Below, in pieces: positions 39,220 through 47,071 of a stretch of 64,000 bases of DNA (the first letter of the stretch is position 1; each line of letters starts with the position of its first letter). This DNA comes from Candidatus Micrarchaeia archaeon (GTDB lineage: Archaea; Micrarchaeota; Micrarchaeia; Burarchaeales; Fermentimicrarchaeaceae), in contig JAVZHX010000001.1 of NCBI GenBank assembly GCA_038871515.1, positions 384,001 to 448,000 of the forward strand, in the 5' to 3' direction. Below the pieces are notes generated by a model that did no database searches, had not been told where the DNA came from, and saw only the letters and a list, made by a program, of their open reading frames with translations. Both the position numbers and the translations under genes were made by a program.

Positions 39220-39599
39220 GGTTTGTCTGAGTTTTTGTATTTTTTGTAAAGCTCATTAACTGTTCTTTCATCAATCCTTTTATCAAAATAAGCATGAGGT
39301 AGCAATGCGCCGCTGAATGTTTTTGGTATGTGGATGAGCTCGTGAATTAAAACCTTATCTTTCTCTTCTTCAGGAAGAGAGTCAAAATGCTCTGAGAGAA
39401 CTTCAATTATGTAGTAGGTTCTGATGTCTAACGCTTTCTGCCAAATTTTTGGGAGGTTCCAGATGCGGGCGTATGCCTTTGCTTCGGAGCCTTTGGAGCG
39501 CATGCAGATTATCCGGAGGGAATTGATGTGTTCTAAATTAAGTGTTTGGATTATTTTGTTTACTCTTTCCTGAATGTCTGGAGCGAGCTCAAATTGCAT
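39216..39599 (-). CDS. Putative metallopeptidase (HExxH)
   Basis: ARIW, YIIEV, VLIHELIHIP, SGALLPH. Confidence 0.85.
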   Translation of the reverse strand: MQFELAPDIQERVNKIIQTLNLEHINSLRIICMRSKGSEAKAYARIWNLPKIWQKALDIRTYYIIEVLSEHFDSLPEEEKDKVLIHELIHIPKTFSGALLPHAYFDKRIDERTVNELYKKYKNSDKP

Positions 39600-39633
39600 G
39601 GTTTGTTTTTAGTATGGGGTATAATAAGGTTGT

Positions 39634-39653
39634 TTTGTAACCATGGTTACAAA
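39634..39653. repeat. 20-bp perfect palindrome, copy 1, followed by GAAAGGGGG
   Basis: TTTGTAACCATGGTTACAAA. Confidence 0.9.
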
Positions 39654-39794
39654 GAAAGGGGGACCCCTTACTTCCACTATTCTACTATTTTTGTGTTGTT
39701 TGGTGTTGTTTTTTGTTTTTCTCGTCTGAGTTTTTGTTAGAAAAATAGGGGAAGTGTGGTTGGAATAGGGGTGGAGTGAAGGTATATATATCTG

Positions 39795-39814
39795 AATGTA
39801 ACCATGGTTACATT
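39795..39814. repeat. 20-bp perfect palindrome, copy 2, between a TATA box and an ATG
   Basis: AATGTAACCATGGTTACATT, with the same 16-bp core as copy 1. Confidence 0.9.
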
Positions 39815-40057
39815 ATGTTGTTATATCTATATGATTTGAAAATAAAAGGGAAAAAACCTTACAACAACCTTAAAAGAAGGTTCTACTACCAACTCAAAAA
39901 CTCTCCCCTCTCCACAAAACCATGGAAAACAAAATCAGCAATATTAGTGGAAGATTACCTAGAAGGAGAAGCAGACGCGTTTTTCAAAAAATTTGAGGGT
40001 TTTGTGGAGGTATACAAAGCAAAAATTGAATCAATTGAACAACTTTCAAAACCATAA
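39815..40057 (+). CDS. Small Cas2/VapD-like ferredoxin-fold protein (tentative)
   Basis: 80 aa; N-terminal LYLYDL strand, helix KRRFYYQL, TKSAILV. Confidence 0.5.
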   Translation: MLLYLYDLKIKGKKPYNNLKRRFYYQLKNSPLSTKPWKTKSAILVEDYLEGEADAFFKKFEGFVEVYKAKIESIEQLSKP

Positions 40058-40116
40058 TACTGGAAGTGCACCCCCACTCAAAAAGAATTAATACCCCAAC
40101 AAACCAATTCCTACTC

Positions 40117-40950
40117 ATGTACGTCACAAAAAACTACCTTAAAACACATCTCAGGAAAAGACTTGTCACCTCCCACAAAGGGCAGAACGGCCGTTTATTG
40201 GTTGTGGGAGGAAGCCGTCTCTACTTCGGCTCACCTATTCTCGTCTCGCTCGCAGCGTTCAGGACAGGGATTGATTTAGTTTACCTTCTCACCCCAGAAT
40301 ACATCTCAAAACACCTCGCCCCCCAATACCCAGACCTGATAGTATGGGGTTATGAAGGGGAATACCTAAACGAGAAAGCACTGCCTCTCTTTGAGGAGCT
40401 GAAAACAAAAACAGATGCAATGGTTATCGGAAACGGGCTTACAAAACAACCTGGCGTGCTGAAAACAACAACTAAACTACTTTCAGAATGGGATAAACCC
40501 CTTGTGATTGACGCAGATGCTGTTCAACCAAATTTGAAAACAAACTCCAAACAACTCCTCTACACCCCCCACTCAATTGAACTCTCCCGTCTGACAGGAG
40601 TTAAAACACCCGAAAATTTAAAGGAAAGGATAAAATTGGTTGAAAAAACAGCAAGGGAGCTCTCCGCAACCATCTTGTTGAAAGGAAGGCCGGATATCAT
40701 ATCTGATGGAAAACAGCTTATGTTCAACCACATCCACAACCCAGGGATGACTGTTGGAGGAACTGGGGACACCCTCGCAGGAATCGCAGGCGCACTCCTC
40801 TCGCAGAGACACACCCCATTTGAATCCGCATGCATGGCTGCTTACATAAATGGTTTGGCTGGCAACTTAGCAATGAAAAAATACGGCTACTCCTTACTCG
40901 CATCCGATTTAATAAATGAGATACCAACAATTATGAAAAAATTTCAATAA
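40117..40950 (+). CDS. nnrD: ADP-dependent NAD(P)H-hydrate dehydratase
   Basis: SHKGQNG.LLVVGGS, VIDADA, TPH..E, LKG, GGTGDTLAG. Confidence 0.92.
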   Translation: MYVTKNYLKTHLRKRLVTSHKGQNGRLLVVGGSRLYFGSPILVSLAAFRTGIDLVYLLTPEYISKHLAPQYPDLIVWGYEGEYLNEKALPLFEELKTKTDAMVIGNGLTKQPGVLKTTTKLLSEWDKPLVIDADAVQPNLKTNSKQLLYTPHSIELSRLTGVKTPENLKERIKLVEKTARELSATILLKGRPDIISDGKQLMFNHIHNPGMTVGGTGDTLAGIAGALLSQRHTPFESACMAAYINGLAGNLAMKKYGYSLLASDLINEIPTIMKKFQ

Positions 40951-40952
40951 AC

Positions 40953-41585
40953 TTAGAAAATCTCCACAACTCCACTCACATCACTGAAAACAAAATCCGG
41001 CTCCTCTTTTAACAACCACTCCAACTTATGCGTTCCGTTACAAACACAACCAGTTATCATACCAGCAGCTCTCCCAGCCTGCACATCCTCCACCCTATCC
41101 CCAACATAAATACACTCGTCCGCTCTCCTTCTAACCTTTTCAAGAGCAACCAACAAACTTTTTGGAGATGGCTTTCTCTCCTCCACATCCTCCCTCACAA
41201 CAACAACCGAAAAATACTTCCCAATTCCAAACCTCTCCAAATCCTCCTTTATTCTACTTCCCCTTCCATCACTAACCAACCCAACACCAACCCCCAGCAA
41301 ACTCAGCTTCTCAAGAGTTGGAACTGTTTGCGGAAACAATTTAATTTCCTTCCTCATCTTCTCCCAATACTCCCACCACACCTTCTCAACTCTCTCCACC
41401 TCTCTCTCCTCCACCCCCATTTTCAAATACATATTTTTATGATTCATTGAAAACTCCCTTCTGAAAAACTCCAAACTCATCTCCCCATAACCCAACTCAG
41501 AAAAGGTTCTTCGGAAACTTTCGTATGTTATATGCAGAGAATCCAACAACGTTCCATCATAATCAAAAAACACAAACTTCAGCAT
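40953..41585 (-). CDS. HAD superfamily hydrolase
   Basis: FDYDGTLLDS, KPSP, VGDRVED. Confidence 0.9.
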   Translation of the reverse strand: MLKFVFFDYDGTLLDSLHITYESFRRTFSELGYGEMSLEFFRREFSMNHKNMYLKMGVEEREVERVEKVWWEYWEKMRKEIKLFPQTVPTLEKLSLLGVGVGLVSDGRGSRIKEDLERFGIGKYFSVVVVREDVEERKPSPKSLLVALEKVRRRADECIYVGDRVEDVQAGRAAGMITGCVCNGTHKLEWLLKEEPDFVFSDVSGVVEIF

Positions 41586-41641
41586 AATATTCAAACATCA
41601 CTCTTTAATAACTTCTTTTCTCCAATAAAATTGGTGAACTT

Positions 41642-41863
41642 ATGAAGTACAAAGTTGAGATAACCTACAAACCAGGCGTGCTAGACCCTGAAGGAAAATC
41701 AACCCTTGATGCATTGAAAACACTCGGCTTTAACGTTTCCAACGTCCAGAGCATGAAAGCATACATAATTGAATGCAACTACGATGAGAAAAAAATTGAT
41801 GAGATGTGCAGGAAACTTCTCTCCAACCCAATAATACATAACTATTCAATTCAAAAACTATGA
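41642..41863 (+). CDS. purS: FGAM synthase subunit PurS
   Basis: KPGVLDPEG, LLSNPII. Confidence 0.93.
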   Translation: MKYKVEITYKPGVLDPEGKSTLDALKTLGFNVSNVQSMKAYIIECNYDEKKIDEMCRKLLSNPIIHNYSIQKL

Positions 41864-44226
41864 GGTGGCGCATGCAGCACAAAGCAGATTTTCCATTCAC
41901 CCTTTACTTCATAAACCTACGTGACGCTTCAGACGAGGATTTGAGAAGAATAAACTCCGAAAGAAACCTCTCGCTTTCTTTGGAGGAAATGAGAAGGATA
42001 AAGGAGCACTACAAAAAACTTAACAGGGATGCAACAGACGTTGAACTGGAGATGATCGCCCAAATCTGGTCCGAGCACTGCTGCCACAAAACTCTCCGCG
42101 GAAACTTCATCGATTCAAAAGGAAAAGTAGTTGCAAGAAAACTTCTGAAAAGCACAATAATGAAAGCAACAGAAAAGCTCAAACTTCCCTGGTGCCTGCT
42201 TGTTTTCAAAGATAACGCAGGGATAGTTGACTTTGATGGAAAGCACGCGCTTGCTTTCAAAGTTGAAACTCACAACCACCCCTCCGCGCTTGAACCATTT
42301 GGAGGAGCATCAACAGGAGTTGGCGGCGTCATCCGCGACATTTTGGGCGTTTGGGCTGACCCAATTGCAAACACAGACGTCCTCTGCTTCGCTCCTCTCA
42401 ACTTTCCGGAAAGCAAACTTCCAAAAGGAGTTAAATCGCCCCGCTACCTATACAACGGCGTTATCGCTGGCATAGGCTCATACGGAAACAACATGGGAAT
42501 CCCAACAGTAAACGGCTCAATTCACTTTGATGAAAGCTACTTGGGAAACCCGCTTGTTTACTGCGGCTGTGTTGGGTTGTTACCTAAAAACAAATTTATC
42601 AAAAACACCAAGCCAGGCGACTGCATTCTACTTGTTGGGGGCAGAACTGGAAAAGACGGAATTCACGGAGTCACCTTTGCATCCGCCGAGCTTTCTGAAA
42701 CTTCTGAAGAGGTTTCTCGCTCAGCAGTTCAGATAGGCGACCCAATTGAAGAGGAGAAGCTGAAAAGAGCAATCCTCCGCGTGAGGGATGAGGGGCTTGC
42801 AACCGCAATAACCGATTTAGGTGGAGGAGGGGTTTCCTGCGCTGTCAGCGAGATGGCTGAGCGCTCCGGATGCGGTGCAACCGTTGAGCTTGACAGGGTT
42901 CCTTTAAAATACCCAATGAATACCCCCTGGGAGATATGGCTCTCCGAATCACAGGAGAGAATGCTTCTCTCAATTCCAGAAAGAAACCTAAAAAGAACCC
43001 TTGAAATTTTTGAGGATGAAGACGTTGAGGCAACCGTTATTGGAAGGTTCAACAACACAAAACAAATTGTCGTTCTCTACAAAGACAAGCCAGTTGCCAA
43101 TCTCTCAACAAACTTCCTTTACAACCTTCCCTATGCAACCACCAAAGTAAAAAAACCAAATCAAAAACTCAGGGAGCCAAACTTCAAACAACCAAAACAA
43201 CTTGGCAAAATACTACTGCAACTGCTTTCTCTGCCAAACACCGCAAGCAAACAATCTGTCATTCACACCTATGACCATGAGGTGAAAGGACACACAGTAA
43301 TAAAACCACTCCAGGGAGCTTTTCTTGACGGGCCGGGTGATGCGGCAGTGATAAAACCACTCCCCACCTCCTTCAAAGGATTTGCGCTTTCAAATGGGTT
43401 CAACCCAAACTATGGAAAGATAGACTGCTACTGGATGGCTGCCTCTGCAATTGATGAAGCAGTAAGAAACAACATCGCAGTTGGGGGAAGGAGAATCGCA
43501 TTGCTTGATAACTTCTGCTGGGGCTCCCCAAAGAAACCACAGCTTGCCTACCAACTTCTTGAGGCATGCCGAGCGTGCAGGGATGTTGCGCTTGAGCTCA
43601 AAACTCCCTTCATCTCAGGAAAGGACAGCTTATACAACGAAACAAATGGAAAGCCAATCACCCCATCACTGCTCATCTCAGCGCTTGGGATCGTGCCTGA
43701 CGTGAGAAAAGCGGTTACGATGGATGCAAAGCAGCCAGGCAGCTACATTTACCTGATTGGGGAAACTCACAAGGAACTTGGAGGCTCTTCCTATTACTCC
43801 ATTTTCAAAAAACTCGGTGCTTCTGTGCCAAAGCTCAACCCAAAAAAAGCAAGAAGAATTTTCAACTCACTCACAAAAGCAATTGACAAACAACTCCTCC
43901 TCTCCTGCCACGATTTATCTGAGGGTGGTTTGGGAGTTGCTGCAGCAGAGATGTCCTTCGCAGGCAACATTGGAATGGAAATCAACCTGCAACAACTCAA
44001 CTCCAAACTGCGAGATGACTACCTCCTCTTCTCAGAATCAAACTCCCGCTTCCTTGTAGAAGTTTCATCAAGCAACAGAAACAGATTTGAGAAACTTATG
44101 AGAGGAATTCCGTATTTCAGAATTGGAAAAACAACCAACTCGGATGAATTCACCGTGATTGGGAATGATGTTTTAATTTCAGAAAAACTTGCCACCTTAA
44201 GAAAGGCATGGCAAACTCCGCTGTGA
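41860..44226 (+). CDS. purL: FGAM synthase subunit PurL
   Basis: WSEHCCHK, ETHNHPS, DLGGGG, SESQERM, SGKDS, HDLSEGG. Confidence 0.96.
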   Translation: MRWRMQHKADFPFTLYFINLRDASDEDLRRINSERNLSLSLEEMRRIKEHYKKLNRDATDVELEMIAQIWSEHCCHKTLRGNFIDSKGKVVARKLLKSTIMKATEKLKLPWCLLVFKDNAGIVDFDGKHALAFKVETHNHPSALEPFGGASTGVGGVIRDILGVWADPIANTDVLCFAPLNFPESKLPKGVKSPRYLYNGVIAGIGSYGNNMGIPTVNGSIHFDESYLGNPLVYCGCVGLLPKNKFIKNTKPGDCILLVGGRTGKDGIHGVTFASAELSETSEEVSRSAVQIGDPIEEEKLKRAILRVRDEGLATAITDLGGGGVSCAVSEMAERSGCGATVELDRVPLKYPMNTPWEIWLSESQERMLLSIPERNLKRTLEIFEDEDVEATVIGRFNNTKQIVVLYKDKPVANLSTNFLYNLPYATTKVKKPNQKLREPNFKQPKQLGKILLQLLSLPNTASKQSVIHTYDHEVKGHTVIKPLQGAFLDGPGDAAVIKPLPTSFKGFALSNGFNPNYGKIDCYWMAASAIDEAVRNNIAVGGRRIALLDNFCWGSPKKPQLAYQLLEACRACRDVALELKTPFISGKDSLYNETNGKPITPSLLISALGIVPDVRKAVTMDAKQPGSYIYLIGETHKELGGSSYYSIFKKLGASVPKLNPKKARRIFNSLTKAIDKQLLLSCHDLSEGGLGVAAAEMSFAGNIGMEINLQQLNSKLRDDYLLFSESNSRFLVEVSSSNRNRFEKLMRGIPYFRIGKTTNSDEFTVIGNDVLISEKLATLRKAWQTPL

Positions 44227-44230
44227 TTAT

Positions 44231-45034
44231 ATGAGAATATGCATAATGAGAGTTGCTGGAACAAACCGCGATTATGACGTATACGAAGTTCTAACTTACC
44301 TAGGCGCATCCCCAGATGTTGTTCACATGAATGAATTCACCAGAGGAAGGAAAAAACTGAGTGACTACGATGCATTCATCTTCCCAGGAGGCTTCTCCTA
44401 CGGAGACAGAATACGCTCAGGCGCAATCTGGGCAAAGCAGCTCATCTACAAACTTTCAGCTGACTTCAGAAAAATTGCTGAGGAAGGAACACCAATACTC
44501 GGAATATGCAACGGGATGCAGGTGCTTGTTGAGGCTGGTTTGATACCTGGCTTGAATGGAATAAGCGAATACCCAGAAGCAGCAATGGCAGTCAATGCGT
44601 CATCTAAATTTGAGTGCAGGTGGGTTTATTTAAAAAACTACTCAAGGGGAAACTGCCTATTCACAAGGGAAATACCAAGAAACACAGTGATAAGAACACC
44701 TGTTGCCCACGGAGAAGGACGCTTCCTTCTTCCAAAAGAAAAGGAGAAAGCAATACTCCGTAAACTTGAGAGAAACGATCAGATTGTTTTCCGCTACTGC
44801 GATGAGAAAGGCAACCCAGCCAAAGGGAAATACCCGCTCAACCCAAACGGCTCCTTCTCAGACATAGCTGGAGTTTGCAACCCTCAGGGCAACGTTTTGG
44901 CTTTCATGCCTCACGCAGAGGATGCGTGCTTCTTCTGGCAGCACCCAGATTGGACAAGGAGGAAACTTAAGTTTGAGACAGACGGAATTCTCCTCTTCAA
45001 AAATTTAGTATCTTTCCTCAAACACAAAAAATAA
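44231..45034 (+). CDS. purQ: FGAM synthase glutaminase subunit PurQ
   Basis: PGGFSYGD, GICNGMQ, AHGEG, NPNGS, MPHAE. Confidence 0.96.
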   Translation: MRICIMRVAGTNRDYDVYEVLTYLGASPDVVHMNEFTRGRKKLSDYDAFIFPGGFSYGDRIRSGAIWAKQLIYKLSADFRKIAEEGTPILGICNGMQVLVEAGLIPGLNGISEYPEAAMAVNASSKFECRWVYLKNYSRGNCLFTREIPRNTVIRTPVAHGEGRFLLPKEKEKAILRKLERNDQIVFRYCDEKGNPAKGKYPLNPNGSFSDIAGVCNPQGNVLAFMPHAEDACFFWQHPDWTRRKLKFETDGILLFKNLVSFLKHKK

Positions 45035-45072
45035 AAAAACATTGCAATTATTATTTAATTACTAATTAAGAG

Positions 45073-46446
45073 GTGGTTCTCTTGCCCAAAATACAGGAGA
45101 TACCCTCTCTTAAAGAATGGGAAAGAGTTGGCTCTCACAGCCACATCAAAGGACTTGGAATACAAAATGGTGAAGTCCTTCGTATTGCCTCAGGGCTTGT
45201 GGGACAGGTTGAAGCAAGAAAGGCAGCCAGCATAATTGTTGAGTTAGTGAGAAAAGGAAGGTTTGCCGGCAGAGCAATACTTATGGCAGGACCCATGGGA
45301 ACTGGTAAAACTGCGCTTGCACTTGCAATCGCAAAGGAGCTTGGAAGGGATGTGCCATTCGTTCAGATATTTGGCTCTGAAATTTACTCCTCCGAAATCA
45401 AGAAAACAGAATTCCTGATGAGAGCTCTCAGAAGAGCTATTGGAGTCAGAATTCACGAGATGCGCACAATTTATGAAGGCGAGGTAACCTACCTTGACTT
45501 TGACATGGTGCCTCATCCATACAACCCATACCAAAAAATCCCCAAAAGCGCAACAATAAAACTCAAAACAAAGGACGAGGAGAGGCAATTCAAGGTTGAC
45601 TCCTCATTTGCCCAAAGTATAATTCAGAATGGAGTTGAAATTCACGATGTTATTCAGATAGACTCAGAAACAGCCAGAATAGCAGTTATTGGCAAAAGCA
45701 AGGATTACAAACCAGATGAAAAGGAAAAAGTTGACTTAACAAAACAACAGATTGTTGAAGTTCCAAAAGGCAAAGTTCAAAAAGAAAAGGAATTCATCTA
45801 CACAGTTACCCTTAATGATTTGGACATGGCGCGCGCAAAGAGAGGAAGCCTCTTCTTCTCCTTTTTCGGTGGAGGGAAGGAGGAGGAGCTCAGCGAGGAG
45901 GACAGGGCAGCTGTTGACGAGGAGGTTAAAGCGCTGGTGAATGAGAAAACAGCAGAGATAATACCGGGAGTTCTATTCATAGACGAAACTCACATGCTTG
46001 ACGTTGAAGCTTTCTCCTTCCTCAACAGAGCAATTGAATCTGAGCTTGCGCCAATAATCATTCTCGCAACAAACAGAGGGATAACAAAAATAAGAGGCAC
46101 AGAGCTTGAATCACCTCACGGAATTCCAAGAGATATGCTGGATAGAATGCTGATTATAAACACCTCTCCATACTCAAAAGAGGAAGTCGCCGAGATAATA
46201 AAAATAAGATGCAGGGAGGAGAAAGTTCAGCTGAGCAACGATGCATTTGAGTATCTAACAAAGATTGGCGTGGAGAAAAGTTTAAGGTATGCAACTCAGC
46301 TTCTCGCTCCCGCTTCAGAGCTTGCAGAGAAGGATAAGAAGGAGACAATAGAGAAGAAGCACATCGAGGTTGCTGAGAAGCTTTTTGTTGACGTTGAAAA
46401 ATCCATCGAGCACGTTAAAAAGTTCGAGAAGAGCTTTATGGCATAA
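45073..46446 (+). CDS. TIP49/RuvB-like AAA+ helicase
   Basis: HSHIKGLG, GPMGTGKT, GSEIYSSE, FIDETHMLD, ATNRG, SPHGIP. Confidence 0.93.
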   Translation: MVLLPKIQEIPSLKEWERVGSHSHIKGLGIQNGEVLRIASGLVGQVEARKAASIIVELVRKGRFAGRAILMAGPMGTGKTALALAIAKELGRDVPFVQIFGSEIYSSEIKKTEFLMRALRRAIGVRIHEMRTIYEGEVTYLDFDMVPHPYNPYQKIPKSATIKLKTKDEERQFKVDSSFAQSIIQNGVEIHDVIQIDSETARIAVIGKSKDYKPDEKEKVDLTKQQIVEVPKGKVQKEKEFIYTVTLNDLDMARAKRGSLFFSFFGGGKEEELSEEDRAAVDEEVKALVNEKTAEIIPGVLFIDETHMLDVEAFSFLNRAIESELAPIIILATNRGITKIRGTELESPHGIPRDMLDRMLIINTSPYSKEEVAEIIKIRCREEKVQLSNDAFEYLTKIGVEKSLRYATQLLAPASELAEKDKKETIEKKHIEVAEKLFVDVEKSIEHVKKFEKSFMA

Positions 46447-46486
46447 GAAATTAAAACCTCTCTGACGTAATATAACCGCTGGTTCT

Positions 46487-47071
46487 ATGGCTAACGACGG
46501 CAAGATTATCGTATCTGTTCACTGCGATGTTATCTGGCAGGCTGCCCACGTGAAGTTTGTGAGAAGGAGAGGGAGAAGGTATTACGAGGGCAATCTGGAT
46601 AACGTGGTGTGCGTTGCAGCCGTCCTCCGCTCAGTTATGCCACGCGTGAGGGACAGAAAAGTAAAATTTTACTTCACAAATGCAGAGGAAACAACAATGA
46701 AAGGAGCAAGAAAAGTTATGAGAAGGGAGGGGAAAGCCCTCTACGTTGTTGTTGACGTAACCCAAGCAGCACGCAGCTCCGATGTTAATATTGAGTGGAT
46801 GCAGCACATTAACAGAAAAGCACTAAAAAAGGTTCTCACAAGAATCCCAAACCTGAAAGTTGGCTTCAAGACAGGCCACCCAGATGAAACAGCCATTTAC
46901 GGAACAAAATACCCAACCTTCTCAATCACTCTCCCACTGCAGGGAAACATGCACGGCAAATCCAAAGTTTCCTTCTGGAAGGTGAAGCGCTTCGGCTTAT
47001 CCCTCGTTGAAATTCTAAGAAGGATACGAATGAACTACGATAGAATTTGTGAGTTTCAGAAATCAGTATAG
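46487..47071 (+). CDS. Compact zinc-exopeptidase (M28/M20)-like hydrolase
   Basis: SVHCD, NLDN, FTNAEE, VVDVT, C-terminal MH. Confidence 0.55.
   Translation: MANDGKIIVSVHCDVIWQAAHVKFVRRRGRRYYEGNLDNVVCVAAVLRSVMPRVRDRKVKFYFTNAEETTMKGARKVMRREGKALYVVVDVTQAARSSDVNIEWMQHINRKALKKVLTRIPNLKVGFKTGHPDETAIYGTKYPTFSITLPLQGNMHGKSKVSFWKVKRFGLSLVEILRRIRMNYDRICEFQKSV

Noticed and set aside
39804..39831. Possible dif site (TTATATCTATA resembles an archaeal dif arm)
   Set aside because: The left arm does not match and it overlaps a start codon; too weak to call
39634..40057. CRISPR-Cas locus around the Cas2-like gene
   Set aside because: Only two palindromes about 160 bp apart, with no repeat-spacer periodicity and no cas1
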